From an uncultured delta proteobacterium (GTDB lineage Bacteria > Myxococcota_A > Polyangia > Polyangiales > B10-G4), in the NCBI GenBank assembly GCA_963727445.1, contig CAVSGI010000006.1, positions 352,001 to 416,000 of the forward strand: a stretch of DNA of 64,000 nucleotides, in the 5' to 3' direction. Below, in pieces: positions 1 to 10,208 of the stretch. Within the stretch, counting starts at the first letter, position 1, and each line of letters starts with the position of its first letter. Position numbers and translations under genes: made by a program. The notes under the pieces are model-generated. The model had not been told where the DNA came from. It saw only the letters and a program-made list of their open reading frames with translations, and did not search any database.

Positions 1-1281
1 GGCCATGGTGGTACCGAAGGGGGAGTCGGGGCGAAGCACGGCGAAGCGGGTCGCGCCGCGGGCGCGGGCCGCGGCCACCAGCGCGTCGGTCTCTCCGCGT
101 GGGGTGACGAACATGCGGTGCACCATCGGCCCGATCTCCGTGAGATCCGCGTTGGGCGAGAGCACGACGAGCGGCACGCCCAGCTCCTGGGCGCGGCGCG
201 CGGCCGCCTCCGAAGTGGGGCCCGCCAGGGGACCTACGATCGCGATCACCCGGTGGAGCGAGACGAGGTCCTCCACCGCGGCGACCGCGCGCGCTGGGTC
301 GCCCCCATCGTCGCGAAAGACAATCTGGGGCGCGTCTCCGCTCGTCGGTCCGCGGAAGGGCGCACCGGCCGCGAGCATCATGCCCTTGAGCGCGAGCTGG
401 CCGACCTCGCGGCCGCGACCGGAGAGCGGCAGGATCGCGCCGATGGTGCGTGGGTCCGCTTCCTGGGTGCGGTCGGCGCGGACCGCCATCGAGGTCAACT
501 CCTCGTCGAGCTCGATCCCCTCGAGCCGAAGCGCCTCCGCCAGCGCGTGCACCCGCGCCATGTCGCCCACTTCGTAGGACTGGCGGAGCGCGCGCTGTGC
601 GACGAGGGGCCAGGCCGCGCCGTCGTGGGGGAGCTGGTCGGCGGCGCGCTGGATCTCCTCGGGTGCGTGCGGCTGCTCCACCAGCTCCGCGATGCGCACC
701 CGCGCGGCTTCTTTCTCCTCGTCGGGAACCGGCGCGCGCGTGAGCGAGTCGAGCGCCTCGATGGCGCCGACCGCGTCGCCGAGCTGATCCGACGCGGCGG
801 CGATGGTCTGCAGGAGGATGGTGGTCTCGGTGGGGTCGGCGGTGCGTCCGACGAAGGGCGTGAGGACGTCGAGGGCCGCCTGATACTCCCCCATCAAATG
901 CAGCGCGACGCCGTCGTAGAAGCGCCCCTTCTCCGCCACCGCGGCGTCGGGATGCGAGGAGACCACCCCAAAGTGCTCGCGCGCCTCCGCCGGCTCTCCT
1001 TCCGACAAGAGGATGCGCCCGAGACCGAGGTGGGCGATGGGGGCGAGGGGATCGTCGCCTCGCTCCGCCAAGAAGCGCGTGAAGCGCGCCTTGGCGTCGG
1101 CGGTCTCACCAGCCGCCAGCGCCGCTTTGGCCGCGTCCATCTCCGCCTCTGCCTGCGGGTCCTCGGTGGTGAGGGCGGGCAGATCGAGGGTGGCCTCGGG
1201 CGAGGCGTGGGGGCAGCCGAGGGCGAGGGTGACCAAGCAGGCGAGGATCGCCATCGATACCAGCCTGTGCCAGAGGTCCAT
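1..1281 (-). CDS. LpoA/LppC-like lipoprotein with periplasmic-binding-protein type 1 domain (runs off window start)
   Basis: Translated by hand (absent from ORF track): ATG at 1281 overlaps the upstream stop. MDLWHRLVSMAILACLVTLALGC lipobox; later RTIGAILPLSGRG...IVFRDDGGDPARAVAAVEDLV...VIAIVGPL, typical of this fold. Confidence 0.75.
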   Translation of the reverse strand, partial: MDLWHRLVSMAILACLVTLALGCPHASPEATLDLPALTTEDPQAEAEMDAAKAALAAGETADAKARFTRFLAERGDDPLAPIAHLGLGRILLSEGEPAEAREHFGVVSSHPDAAVAEKGRFYDGVALHLMGEYQAALDVLTPFVGRTADPTETTILLQTIAAASDQLGDAVGAIEALDSLTRAPVPDEEKEAARVRIAELVEQPHAPEEIQRAADQLPHDGAAWPLVAQRALRQSYEVGDMARVHALAEALRLEGIELDEELTSMAVRADRTQEADPRTIGAILPLSGRGREVGQLALKGMMLAAGAPFRGPTSGDAPQIVFRDDGGDPARAVAAVEDLVSLHRVIAIVGPLAGPTSEAAARRAQELGVPLVVLSPNADLTEIGPMVHRMFVTPRGETDALVAAARARGATRFAVLRPDSPFGTTMA

Positions 1282-2402
1282 CAGTCGGGCAAATTCCCCG
1301 CCGACCGCGCCATGAGCTCGGCGAATCCCAGCGTCCGTACCCCGGCCTTTTCGAAGGCTCGCCGCGAGGCCGGGCAGGGGCTGACGATCACGCCTCCGCC
1401 CGCCAGCGCGAGGTCGGCGCTCCGCTCCTCTGCGATGGCGCGCGCCGTCTGTGGGGCCGTGCGCGGCAAGAGCCCGCCGGCGCCGCTGCACTCCGCGTGC
1501 TCGTGGTGCTGGTGAAGCTCCCCCACCGGACGTCCCAGGACCCGCGCGAGGGCCTGCCGGGGTGGCTCGTAGATGCCCATGCCCCGGCCCAGGCGGCAGG
1601 GGTCGTGATACCGGACCTCGTCATCTCCGAGATTGACGCGCGATAGACGCGTCAGATTCCCCGCGGCGAGCTCGCTCAGGTGCACGAGCTGGGGTCCGGT
1701 CGCGCTCAGAGGCGCGCCTGCGAGGGCGGGCGCGGTGACCGCGAGCGCGTGAAGACAGCCCGGGTCGGAGAAGACGACGCGCTCGGCGCCGGCCACCTCC
1801 GAGAGAAAGAGCCTGGCGGCGCGGACAAAGCCCTGGGGGTCGCCGGCGTCGAGGAGCGGCAGCCCGCAGCAGCGGCCGGCGACGACGCCCACCTCCTTTT
1901 CGCCACAGAGCGCCTGCGTCGCCGCGGCGCCGGCGCGCGCGTCGTCAGGGGTGACGACGCAACCAGTGCAGCCCGGGGCGTAGAGGGTCTTCGTGCGGCG
2001 GCCGAGCTCCGCGCCGAAGAGCGACTCGGCCTCATGCCGCGCGCGCGCCTCACGCTCGCCGTGCGCGCGCTTCGCCTCGGTCGCCGCCTCGGGCGCCACG
2101 CCCCGCGCGGCGGCTTCGGCCCGCCCCGCGGCGAGGGCGCGCGCCACTTCGTTGTCGTGGTCGCAGAAGGTCTTGCAGCGCATGCAACCAGTGCACGCCC
2201 AGAAGGTCGCGGCGACCTCGCGACCCAGCGGAAGGTTGCCCTCGTCCACGTGATGGAGCGCCGCCATCTTGCCCCAGGGCGTGGTCGTCTCGCGCCCCTG
2301 CACCGTCGACACCGGGCACGCATGCCGGCAGAGCTTGGGGCAGTACGTGCAGTACGTGTGCTCCTTCTCGTGGGGCTCGACGAGCGGGAGGCGGCTCGAC
2401 AT
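1281..2402 (-). CDS. (Fe-S)-binding oxidoreductase, GlpC/HdrD-like (two 4Fe-4S motifs plus CCG domains)
   Basis: CTYCPKLCRHACP, CTGCMRCKTFC, RCCGLP, YHDPCRLGR, ECSGAGG. Likely start MSSRLP at 2402 within ORF 1281..3188. Confidence 0.85.
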   Translation of the reverse strand: MSSRLPLVEPHEKEHTYCTYCPKLCRHACPVSTVQGRETTTPWGKMAALHHVDEGNLPLGREVAATFWACTGCMRCKTFCDHDNEVARALAAGRAEAAARGVAPEAATEAKRAHGEREARARHEAESLFGAELGRRTKTLYAPGCTGCVVTPDDARAGAAATQALCGEKEVGVVAGRCCGLPLLDAGDPQGFVRAARLFLSEVAGAERVVFSDPGCLHALAVTAPALAGAPLSATGPQLVHLSELAAGNLTRLSRVNLGDDEVRYHDPCRLGRGMGIYEPPRQALARVLGRPVGELHQHHEHAECSGAGGLLPRTAPQTARAIAEERSADLALAGGGVIVSPCPASRRAFEKAGVRTLGFAELMARSAGNLPD

Positions 2403-2477
2403 GAGAGGGGATCTGACCACACCCGGCCCGAGACCCGCCCTGGTCATCCGTCCCCCTCGGCCGCATAGTCCGCCGCG

Positions 2478-3206
2478 ATGGCGGCCATGCCACGGCGCGA
2501 TCTGGTCCTCGACTCGGCGGAGAAGCTCTCCCCCGGGGTGCGTTCGTTGACCTTTCGCACCGCGGATGGCGCACCCTTTTCGTGGACCGCGGGGCAGTGG
2601 ATCACGCTCTATCTCACCGGGCCGAACGACGGCGAGACGCTGGACCGCAGCTACTCCATCGCCACCGCGCCCGATCCCAGCGCCCCCGACCGCTTCGAGA
2701 TCGCCGTCACCCTGGTGGAGGGCGGCCCGATGTCCACCGCGCTTCACGCCATGGCGCCCGGCGAGCGGATGGCGATGCAGGGGCCCTTCGGCTTCTTCAC
2801 CCTGGACCACGCGCCTCCCGATGCGCCGATGGTCTTCGTCGGGACCGGGACGGGCGTGACGCCGCTGCGCGCGATCCTTCAGGACGAGCTCCGGCGCCGC
2901 AGGACCCGCCCGCTCACGCTGCTCTTCGGCTGCCGAACGAAAGCGGACATCCTCTATCGCGAGGAGCTGGAGGCGCTCGCGTCGGCGCATTCGTGCTTCG
3001 ACTACCACGTCACGCTCTCGCGGCCCGAAGAGGGGTGGTCCGGGCGCCGCGGCTACGTGCAGACCCACCTCGAAGACTTCTGCGCGGATGCGCGCGCCCA
3101 CGTGTACGTCTGCGGGCTCTCGCGGATGGTCAAAGAGGTGCGCGCCACCCTCAAGGAGAGCCTCGGCTACGACCGGAAGCGCATTCACACCGAGCGCTAC
3201 GACTGA
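2478..3206 (+). CDS. Ferredoxin-NADP reductase-like FAD/NAD(P)-binding oxidoreductase
   Basis: RSYSIA, GPFGFF, VFVGTGTGVTP, LLFGCR, VYVCG, IHTERY motifs. Confidence 0.9.
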   Translation: MAAMPRRDLVLDSAEKLSPGVRSLTFRTADGAPFSWTAGQWITLYLTGPNDGETLDRSYSIATAPDPSAPDRFEIAVTLVEGGPMSTALHAMAPGERMAMQGPFGFFTLDHAPPDAPMVFVGTGTGVTPLRAILQDELRRRRTRPLTLLFGCRTKADILYREELEALASAHSCFDYHVTLSRPEEGWSGRRGYVQTHLEDFCADARAHVYVCGLSRMVKEVRATLKESLGYDRKRIHTERYD

Positions 3207-3682
3207 GCTCGGAGCGAGACCAGCCGGTCCGCGATCAGGAAGCCCGCCCGGCGGATGTCACGCCGGCACCCTTCGTCGTCCCCGATCCCCCGGAACGCTT
3301 CGATGGCCGCCTCGAGGATGGCGCCGTCCACCTCGCGGGCGCTCAGATCGTCGGCGTCGAGACGTCGGGCGATGGTGAGCGCCGAGAGGGCGGCGGCTGG
3401 TGCGAGATCGGGATCGCGGCCGCGGGCGAGATCGGCGAGGGGGGCCAGGGCCTCTTCGGGGGCGTGCAGCCAGGGGGTCGCGCGGATCGCCGACAGGCGC
3501 GCCCCAACGTCGACCTCCGCGCCGAGCTGCTGGAGCACCGCGGTATCGCCCATCCGCGAGACCGCCCGGGCCAACTCGAGGGGGTCGGTGCTGGTGACCT
3601 CCGAGAGCGGATCGTCCTGGGCGCGGGCGGGCAGGGCCACCACGGCGAGGGCGAGGGCGACGAGGAGCGGGATGCGGCGCAC
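3197..3682 (-). CDS. Secreted hypothetical helical (HEAT-like) protein
   Basis: GTG start, signal peptide RRIPLLVALALAVVALPARA-Q, Ala/Leu-rich helical sequence; C-terminal part of ORF 3197..4594. Confidence 0.6.
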   Translation of the reverse strand: MRRIPLLVALALAVVALPARAQDDPLSEVTSTDPLELARAVSRMGDTAVLQQLGAEVDVGARLSAIRATPWLHAPEEALAPLADLARGRDPDLAPAAALSALTIARRLDADDLSAREVDGAILEAAIEAFRGIGDDEGCRRDIRRAGFLIADRLVSLRAQS

Positions 3683-3802
3683 GGCCCGAGGATGGCGTCC
3701 CCATCGAATGCCGTAAAGGACCTGGATCGGGCGGTGGCCATCCTCCCGGTCCCTCTTGATCCTTGCTACCGCGCGCGATACCACCCGGCCGGGAGGCGTG
3801 GC

Positions 3803-4597
3803 ATGAGGGGAAGCATCTTGGTAGCCGTCGTGGCTCTGATCTCGATCTTCGGGACGATGGGAGCCGAGGCGCAGCGGCGGCCGCGGATTCGAGAGGCCGA
3901 CGTCGAGCAGGCGCTCGGATCCTCGGACCGGGCCGAGATCGAGCAGGGGATCGAGAACGTCGGCTTGTCTGGCAACGCCCGCTTCATTCCGCTCCTCGCA
4001 GCGCGGATCCGAAGAGGGCTTCCACCCGAGCTCCTCGACACCGCCATCGACACCCTCGCCGTCCTCGCGAAGCCCGAGGCGGGAGACGTGCTCTTCGTGT
4101 TGGCGACCCACCGTCGGGCCGAGGTTCGCCAGAAAGCGATCCAGGCGATCGTCGCGTGCGGCCCCGAGGGGGCCGATGCGGTGCTCATCGCAGCGCTCGA
4201 AGATCAATCCCCCGACGTCCGCGCAGCCGCCGCGGTGGGGCTCGGCGAGATCGGCGCGCAGACGGGTACGGGCGCTCTCTTTCATGCGCTCGACCGGAAC
4301 GTCCTCGAGGCCTCCGCCGCGCTCGGTCGGCTGGTGCGTCCGGCGGAGGTCGACCGCGTGCTCGGCTACGTCGGCCAGCTCCCCTTCGACGTGATCACCC
4401 CCGCGCTCACGGAGCTGATCGCCCGCGACGACATGTCGCAGGAAAAGAAGCTCCAGGTCATCGCCCACATCGCCGAGCTCGCGACGCCCGAAGCGGGCGC
4501 GTTCCTCCGAGGGCTGGCGGAGTCCCTGCCCGATAACCGCCGGACCAGCGCGCTTCGAGACGCCGCGAACGCCGCGGCGGAGAGGATCACGCAATGA
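3803..4597 (+). CDS. Secreted HEAT-repeat protein
   Basis: GGAGG then ATG 3803; signal peptide; HEAT-type LIAALEDQSPDVRAAAAVGLGEIG; ATGA overlap with next gene. Confidence 0.75.
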   Translation: MRGSILVAVVALISIFGTMGAEAQRRPRIREADVEQALGSSDRAEIEQGIENVGLSGNARFIPLLAARIRRGLPPELLDTAIDTLAVLAKPEAGDVLFVLATHRRAEVRQKAIQAIVACGPEGADAVLIAALEDQSPDVRAAAAVGLGEIGAQTGTGALFHALDRNVLEASAALGRLVRPAEVDRVLGYVGQLPFDVITPALTELIARDDMSQEKKLQVIAHIAELATPEAGAFLRGLAESLPDNRRTSALRDAANAAAERITQ

Positions 4598-6732
4598 GAG
4601 CCTCCATCGTCACTCTGGCCCTGCTGACCCTCGCCGCCTGCGGTGGCGCGGGTGGTCACGCCGCCTTCGACCTGACCTTCCCCGACAACCGCGCCGAGCA
4701 GCTCGACCCCGTCCTCGCTCGGATCGCGCGCGCTGGCGCGGCGAGCGAGACCCCGGTCGCCGTCTCTCTCGGAGGCACCCCCACCGAGCTGATCGCCCTC
4801 GATCTGGACAGCGGCGAGGTGCTCTGGCGCCAGCCCGCCGAGTCGTCGGTCGCGCCCGCGATAGGTGGACGGCTGGTCTTCACCGACGAAGGCGCCGAGA
4901 TCGTGGCGAGAGACCTCGCGACCGGCACCGTGGTCTTCCGCGAGGAGGACGACGGCTATCCGCTGATCGGCGCGGCTGGGGAGGGCGAGCTCTCGGTGGC
5001 CGTGCTCTCCACCGGTGGCGGCGTGGGCGCGCATTCGAAGCTCATCGTGGCCCGCGGCGGCGACCTCGCGTGGACCAAGAACGTCGACAAGGCCTTCGGG
5101 GCCCCGGCGGTCCGCGCCGGGATGCTCTTTCTGCCGTGGAGCAATCAGAACCTGAGCGCGGTCGACGGTGAGACCGGCGAGGAGCTCGCACGCGTTCGCA
5201 TCTCCAACGAGATCCTCGGACATGCGTTCGTGACCGACGGATCGGTGTACGCGGGGCAGGGGAGCATCTTTCGGCTGACCCCCTCCATCACTCGGGGCAC
5301 GCGCGACGGTGCAGCGTGGTTCGGCGCCAACGTGGGCGAGCTGCCGGGCACCCCCTCTTTCATGCACAACGCCTACGCGCTTCCTCCTTCCCCGCAGAGC
5401 GCCATTCACCGCGTCCGTCTCGATTTCCGGCCGGTGGGCGAAGGTGACGCGGTCTCGCTCTCCGACGGCAACCTCTACTACACCTTCTACCGTCTGGTCT
5501 TCGCCCTCGACCCGGAGACCGGGGACGTGCGTTGGGTGCATCGACACGGCGCCGACGTGGTCGGCGGTAGCGCACAGCCCGGCGGTTTCGCCTTGGCCGA
5601 CGCTGCGGGTGCGGTGACCTTCCTCTCCGCGGCGGACGGGCGTCCGACCTGGAACGCCGAGACAGGCGCCACCACGGTGGTCACCAGCATGCGCCTCGGT
5701 TCCTTCAGCCCCTCCGGCGCGCCCACCGGAGAGGCCGAGAGCCTCGCCGACCAGCTCTCCGCCGCGGCGCAGGTGACGGACGCGCGCCTCACCCCGGCCC
5801 AGGTCTACGCCGTCGGCAAGCTCGCCACCGTCAGCTCCGCCGAGGTCACCGGCAACCTGATCACGCTCTGCGACGGTGGGTCGCTGCCCAACGAGGTTCG
5901 GGAGAACGCGTGCGAGGCGATGGCGCAGCGCGTCGAGGGCCCAGACCAGCTCCTCGCCGCGCTCCAGCGTCACGCGCGCTTCCTCGAGGGGACGACTACG
6001 CCTCCGGTCGGCGCGCTCTCGCGGGCCGCCGCGCGCATGGAGGACCCTCGCGCGGTGCCCCTGCTGATCTCCCATCTTCGCGATCCGGCGACGCCGCTGT
6101 CGGCGATGCCTCCGCTCCTGTCGGCCCTCGGCAGTCTCGGTGAACAGAGCGCGGCCCAGCCGATCCGCGCGTTCCTTCGCCTCTATCACGCCGAGGAGAA
6201 CAGCGACGAGCTCCTCGCCGCCCTCGCGGCCGGCGTCGACGCTTTGGTCGCGCTCGAGGGCCCCGTGGCGCGCGACATCCTCGAGGAGATCGCGGGCGAC
6301 GAGCTCGGCATTCCGCAGCTGCGCGGCAAGGCCCGCGATGCGGTCGCGGCTTTCGACGCGGCGGACGCGGAGGCGGCTGCAGAAGACGAAGAGCGGGACA
6401 CGCCGACCGAGGACGAGGCCGAGGAGGCCGAGGAAGTGGAGGAAGCGGAGGGCGAAGAGGACGATCCCCGTCCCTTGCGCATCACCCAGGAGATCGTCTC
6501 CGACGTCCTCACCCCCGTCTCGCGCGACCTCACGCTCTGCCTGTCGCAGGCCGAGGGGCGGCCCCGTTCGGCGCGGCTCATCCTCCGCCTCGACGGCGAC
6601 GGCGCCATCGAGCACCTCTCGGTGACGCCGGAGCAGGTCTCGGAGTGTGTCTCCGCCCTGGTGCGCGCGCAGACCTTCCCGGCGAACAGGCGGGGCACCC
6701 GCCAGCAGGTCATCTACACCATCCGCCGCTGA
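4594..6732 (+). CDS. Lipoprotein: PQQ-like beta-propeller + HEAT repeats + acidic linker + TonB-C/AgmX-PglI-like C-terminal domain
   Basis: Lipobox LAAC; ALDLDSGEVLW, AVDGETGEEL, ALDPETGDVRW blades; AVPLLISHLRD HEAT; E-rich linker; C-terminal DLTLC...VSECVSALVRAQTFP. Confidence 0.75.
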   Translation: MRASIVTLALLTLAACGGAGGHAAFDLTFPDNRAEQLDPVLARIARAGAASETPVAVSLGGTPTELIALDLDSGEVLWRQPAESSVAPAIGGRLVFTDEGAEIVARDLATGTVVFREEDDGYPLIGAAGEGELSVAVLSTGGGVGAHSKLIVARGGDLAWTKNVDKAFGAPAVRAGMLFLPWSNQNLSAVDGETGEELARVRISNEILGHAFVTDGSVYAGQGSIFRLTPSITRGTRDGAAWFGANVGELPGTPSFMHNAYALPPSPQSAIHRVRLDFRPVGEGDAVSLSDGNLYYTFYRLVFALDPETGDVRWVHRHGADVVGGSAQPGGFALADAAGAVTFLSAADGRPTWNAETGATTVVTSMRLGSFSPSGAPTGEAESLADQLSAAAQVTDARLTPAQVYAVGKLATVSSAEVTGNLITLCDGGSLPNEVRENACEAMAQRVEGPDQLLAALQRHARFLEGTTTPPVGALSRAAARMEDPRAVPLLISHLRDPATPLSAMPPLLSALGSLGEQSAAQPIRAFLRLYHAEENSDELLAALAAGVDALVALEGPVARDILEEIAGDELGIPQLRGKARDAVAAFDAADAEAAAEDEERDTPTEDEAEEAEEVEEAEGEEDDPRPLRITQEIVSDVLTPVSRDLTLCLSQAEGRPRSARLILRLDGDGAIEHLSVTPEQVSECVSALVRAQTFPANRRGTRQQVIYTIRR

Positions 6733-7565
6733 AGCGCGGCGGCCAGCGCGGCGAACTCCTCGACGCTCAGGGTCTCGCCGCGGCGAGACCCGTCGATCCC
6801 CGCGTCCGAGAGGGCGCCATCGACGTGCTCCCTCGCTGCGCTCTTGCGGAGCGCGTTGCGCAGGGTCTTGCGCCGGGTCTCGAAGGCGGCTTTGACGACG
6901 CGACGAAAAGCGTCGCTCTCTTCGGCGCGCGGGGGATCGAGCGGAGTGAGGCGCGCCACGGCGCTGGTCACCCGGGGCGGCGGATGGAAACAGCCCGCCT
7001 TGACGTCCATGACCTTCTCCACCGCGAAGGCGGCCTGGGTGAAGACGCTGAGCACGCCGTAGTCCTTCGTGCCGGGGCGGGCGACCAGACGGTCCCGCAC
7101 CTCGCGTTGCACCATCACCACCGCGAGGGCCAGCGAGGCGCGGTGGGTGACGAGGTTCTTGAGGATCGCTCCGGTGACCGCGTAGGGCAGGTTGCCGACG
7201 ACCTTGATCGGCTTGCCCTCGTCCGCGGCGATGGCGCCGAAGTCGACCTCGGCGGCGTCCGCTTCACGAACCTCCACGCGTCCCGTGCGCCCGAGCTCTT
7301 CGCGCACCACCTCCACCATCTCCGGATCCTTGTCGATGGCGAGGACGCGTCCTTTGCGCCGCACGAGCTCGCCGGTGAGGGTCCCGAGCCCGGGGCCGAG
7401 CTCCACGATGCGCTCGCCCTCCTCGAGCATCGTCGCGTCGGCGATGCGTTCCACCACCGCGCGCGCGACCAGGAAGTTCTGGCTCATGCGCTTCTTGGGG
7501 CTCAGCGCATGGCGTCCGAGGACGCGCCGCGGATTCTCGAAGGGCGGCGGGTCCGAATTGCTCAC
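6714..7565 (-). CDS. rsmA: 16S rRNA adenine dimethyltransferase RsmA/KsgA
   Basis: PKKRMSQNFL, VELGPGLGTLT, VVGNLPYAVT, MVQREV, FHPPPRVTSAV, RRKTLRNAL. GTG at 7565 overlaps the DUF58 stop. Confidence 0.95.
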   Translation of the reverse strand: MSNSDPPPFENPRRVLGRHALSPKKRMSQNFLVARAVVERIADATMLEEGERIVELGPGLGTLTGELVRRKGRVLAIDKDPEMVEVVREELGRTGRVEVREADAAEVDFGAIAADEGKPIKVVGNLPYAVTGAILKNLVTHRASLALAVVMVQREVRDRLVARPGTKDYGVLSVFTQAAFAVEKVMDVKAGCFHPPPRVTSAVARLTPLDPPRAEESDAFRRVVKAAFETRRKTLRNALRKSAAREHVDGALSDAGIDGSRRGETLSVEEFAALAAALQRRMV

Positions 7566-9220
7566 GCCACCTTCTCGAGCGCCCCCGCCGGGCGCTGCTG
7601 CTTGTTGCCGACCGCCGTGCCCAGGGGCAGGACCGGGATGCCGAGGCGTCCGAACTCCGCCCGCGCTTCGCGCATCCGGCGCTTCTCGCCGCGTCCGTAG
7701 ACGAGGGAGAGATCCTGCTCGAGGCCGTCCTTGGGAGCCGGGGAGAGGGCTGGCGCATCCGGCACCACGAAAGTGATCGCGTGGCCGTGAGTCCGCGCCA
7801 GGCGGGCAGCGGCGACCAGCGGGCCGAGCTCGCCGGCTCCGTCGAAGTCGGTGAGCACGATGATGGAAGAGGGCTCTCGCTTCGTCCCGCCTGCCAGCCG
7901 GAGCGCGTCGGCGAGGCCCGGGGCTTTGTGGCCGTCGCGCGGGTCCGGGCGGTAGGGCAGGGGGATACCGCGGACCTGACAGAAGCTGCGCATCACCGCG
8001 CCAGTGGGGGACTCCGCCACGACGTTCTGCCCGATCTGAGAGAGGCGCGCCGTCTCCTCGTCTCCTGCCCCGCCCGTGGGGACTTCCAGCAGACTCCGAC
8101 GCACGTGTCGCAACAGGCCCGCGACGTCCCAACCTTCGTCGGTGCCGGGGCGCTTCGAGAAGTCGACCCCATCCTGATTGCGCACGTAGCGCCCGACGAT
8201 GCGTACCACCTCGTCGTCGCTCACGTCGGTCAGGTCCTGGTCGACCACCTCGGTGGCGGCGAGGAGCGCGTCGTATAGGTGGATCATGTGCGTCGCTCGC
8301 TCGCGCGGCGGCACGAAGGAAAGGACGCGCCCGTCGACGGTGATCAGCCCGAATCGGTCGCCTTCGTCCAGCGCCTTTCGCGCTTCCGCAGCGGCCGCCT
8401 CGATGGCGTAGTCGAGCTTGCGCTGGCCGGGCGCGCCGCCGCGCATCGTGCCGCTCACGTCGAGCACGACCAGACGCGTCTCCTGCACCTCCTGCTCGAC
8501 CTCGCGCACCATCAGCTTGCCGGCGCGCGCGCTCGCCTTCCACGCGATGCTCTTGAAGGGATCGCCAGGGTAGAGCTCGCGCAGCTCGTGCAGCTCGGTG
8601 CCGCCGCCGCGCCGCCGGAGCGCGTTGCGTCCCCCGCGATCGACGCCGAGACCCGAGCGCAGCCTCGCCGGCGTACGCACGCGCGCCGCCCGCGGCAGCA
8701 CCTTGATGGCCAGCGGGTTCGGGAAGTAGAGGGGAACCTCGAAGAGGCCCAGCGGGCCGCGCAGCTTCACGGCGAGGCCGTGCAGGACCACCCGCCCGGC
8801 CGCGGGAGCGACCAGGGTGAACGAGAACTCGGTGCGTGAGCGCGCGCCGAGCACCAACAGGTCCGGGTCGTCCTTCTTCACCGTCGCGCCTCCGGGCACG
8901 ATGGGCTCGAGGCCCGCGAGCAGGAGGCCCATCGGGCCGCGGTGCCGGATGTAGCACCGCACTTCGAAGGGCACGTTGGGGACCACGGCGCCGCCTCCAC
9001 CCGAGGGATCGCCGTGACCGAGCCACCAGGCGAACTCGAGTCGCTGTCGCCGAACGCGCCGGCCCAGCGGCATGGTGATGGCGAGGGCGCTCGCGAGGGC
9101 GACGAAGCCCGCGCTGGAGAGGGTCACGGCGGCGGGCGAGCGCGTTCCGAGCCCGACGATCAGCATCCCCGCAGCGCCGACGAAGGCGGCCAGCGACACC
9201 CGGGTGGGGATGGGAAGCAC
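7562..9220 (-). CDS. DUF58 domain membrane protein (MoxR partner, vWA-like C-terminus)
   Basis: Two N-terminal TM segments; GGGTELHELRELYPGDPFKSIAWKASAR; VVLDVSGTM; IIVLTDF. Confidence 0.9.
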   Translation of the reverse strand: MLPIPTRVSLAAFVGAAGMLIVGLGTRSPAAVTLSSAGFVALASALAITMPLGRRVRRQRLEFAWWLGHGDPSGGGGAVVPNVPFEVRCYIRHRGPMGLLLAGLEPIVPGGATVKKDDPDLLVLGARSRTEFSFTLVAPAAGRVVLHGLAVKLRGPLGLFEVPLYFPNPLAIKVLPRAARVRTPARLRSGLGVDRGGRNALRRRGGGTELHELRELYPGDPFKSIAWKASARAGKLMVREVEQEVQETRLVVLDVSGTMRGGAPGQRKLDYAIEAAAAEARKALDEGDRFGLITVDGRVLSFVPPRERATHMIHLYDALLAATEVVDQDLTDVSDDEVVRIVGRYVRNQDGVDFSKRPGTDEGWDVAGLLRHVRRSLLEVPTGGAGDEETARLSQIGQNVVAESPTGAVMRSFCQVRGIPLPYRPDPRDGHKAPGLADALRLAGGTKREPSSIIVLTDFDGAGELGPLVAAARLARTHGHAITFVVPDAPALSPAPKDGLEQDLSLVYGRGEKRRMREARAEFGRLGIPVLPLGTAVGNKQQRPAGALEKVA

Positions 9221-9228
9221 CTGGTGCC

Positions 9229-10197
<969 letters not shown>

Positions 10198-10208
10198 GCT
10201 CCGGCTCT

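Noticed and set aside
118..1515. Plus-strand ORFs at the window start
   Set aside because: The real gene is on the minus strand (LpoA-like) and is missing from the track only because its stop lies outside the window.
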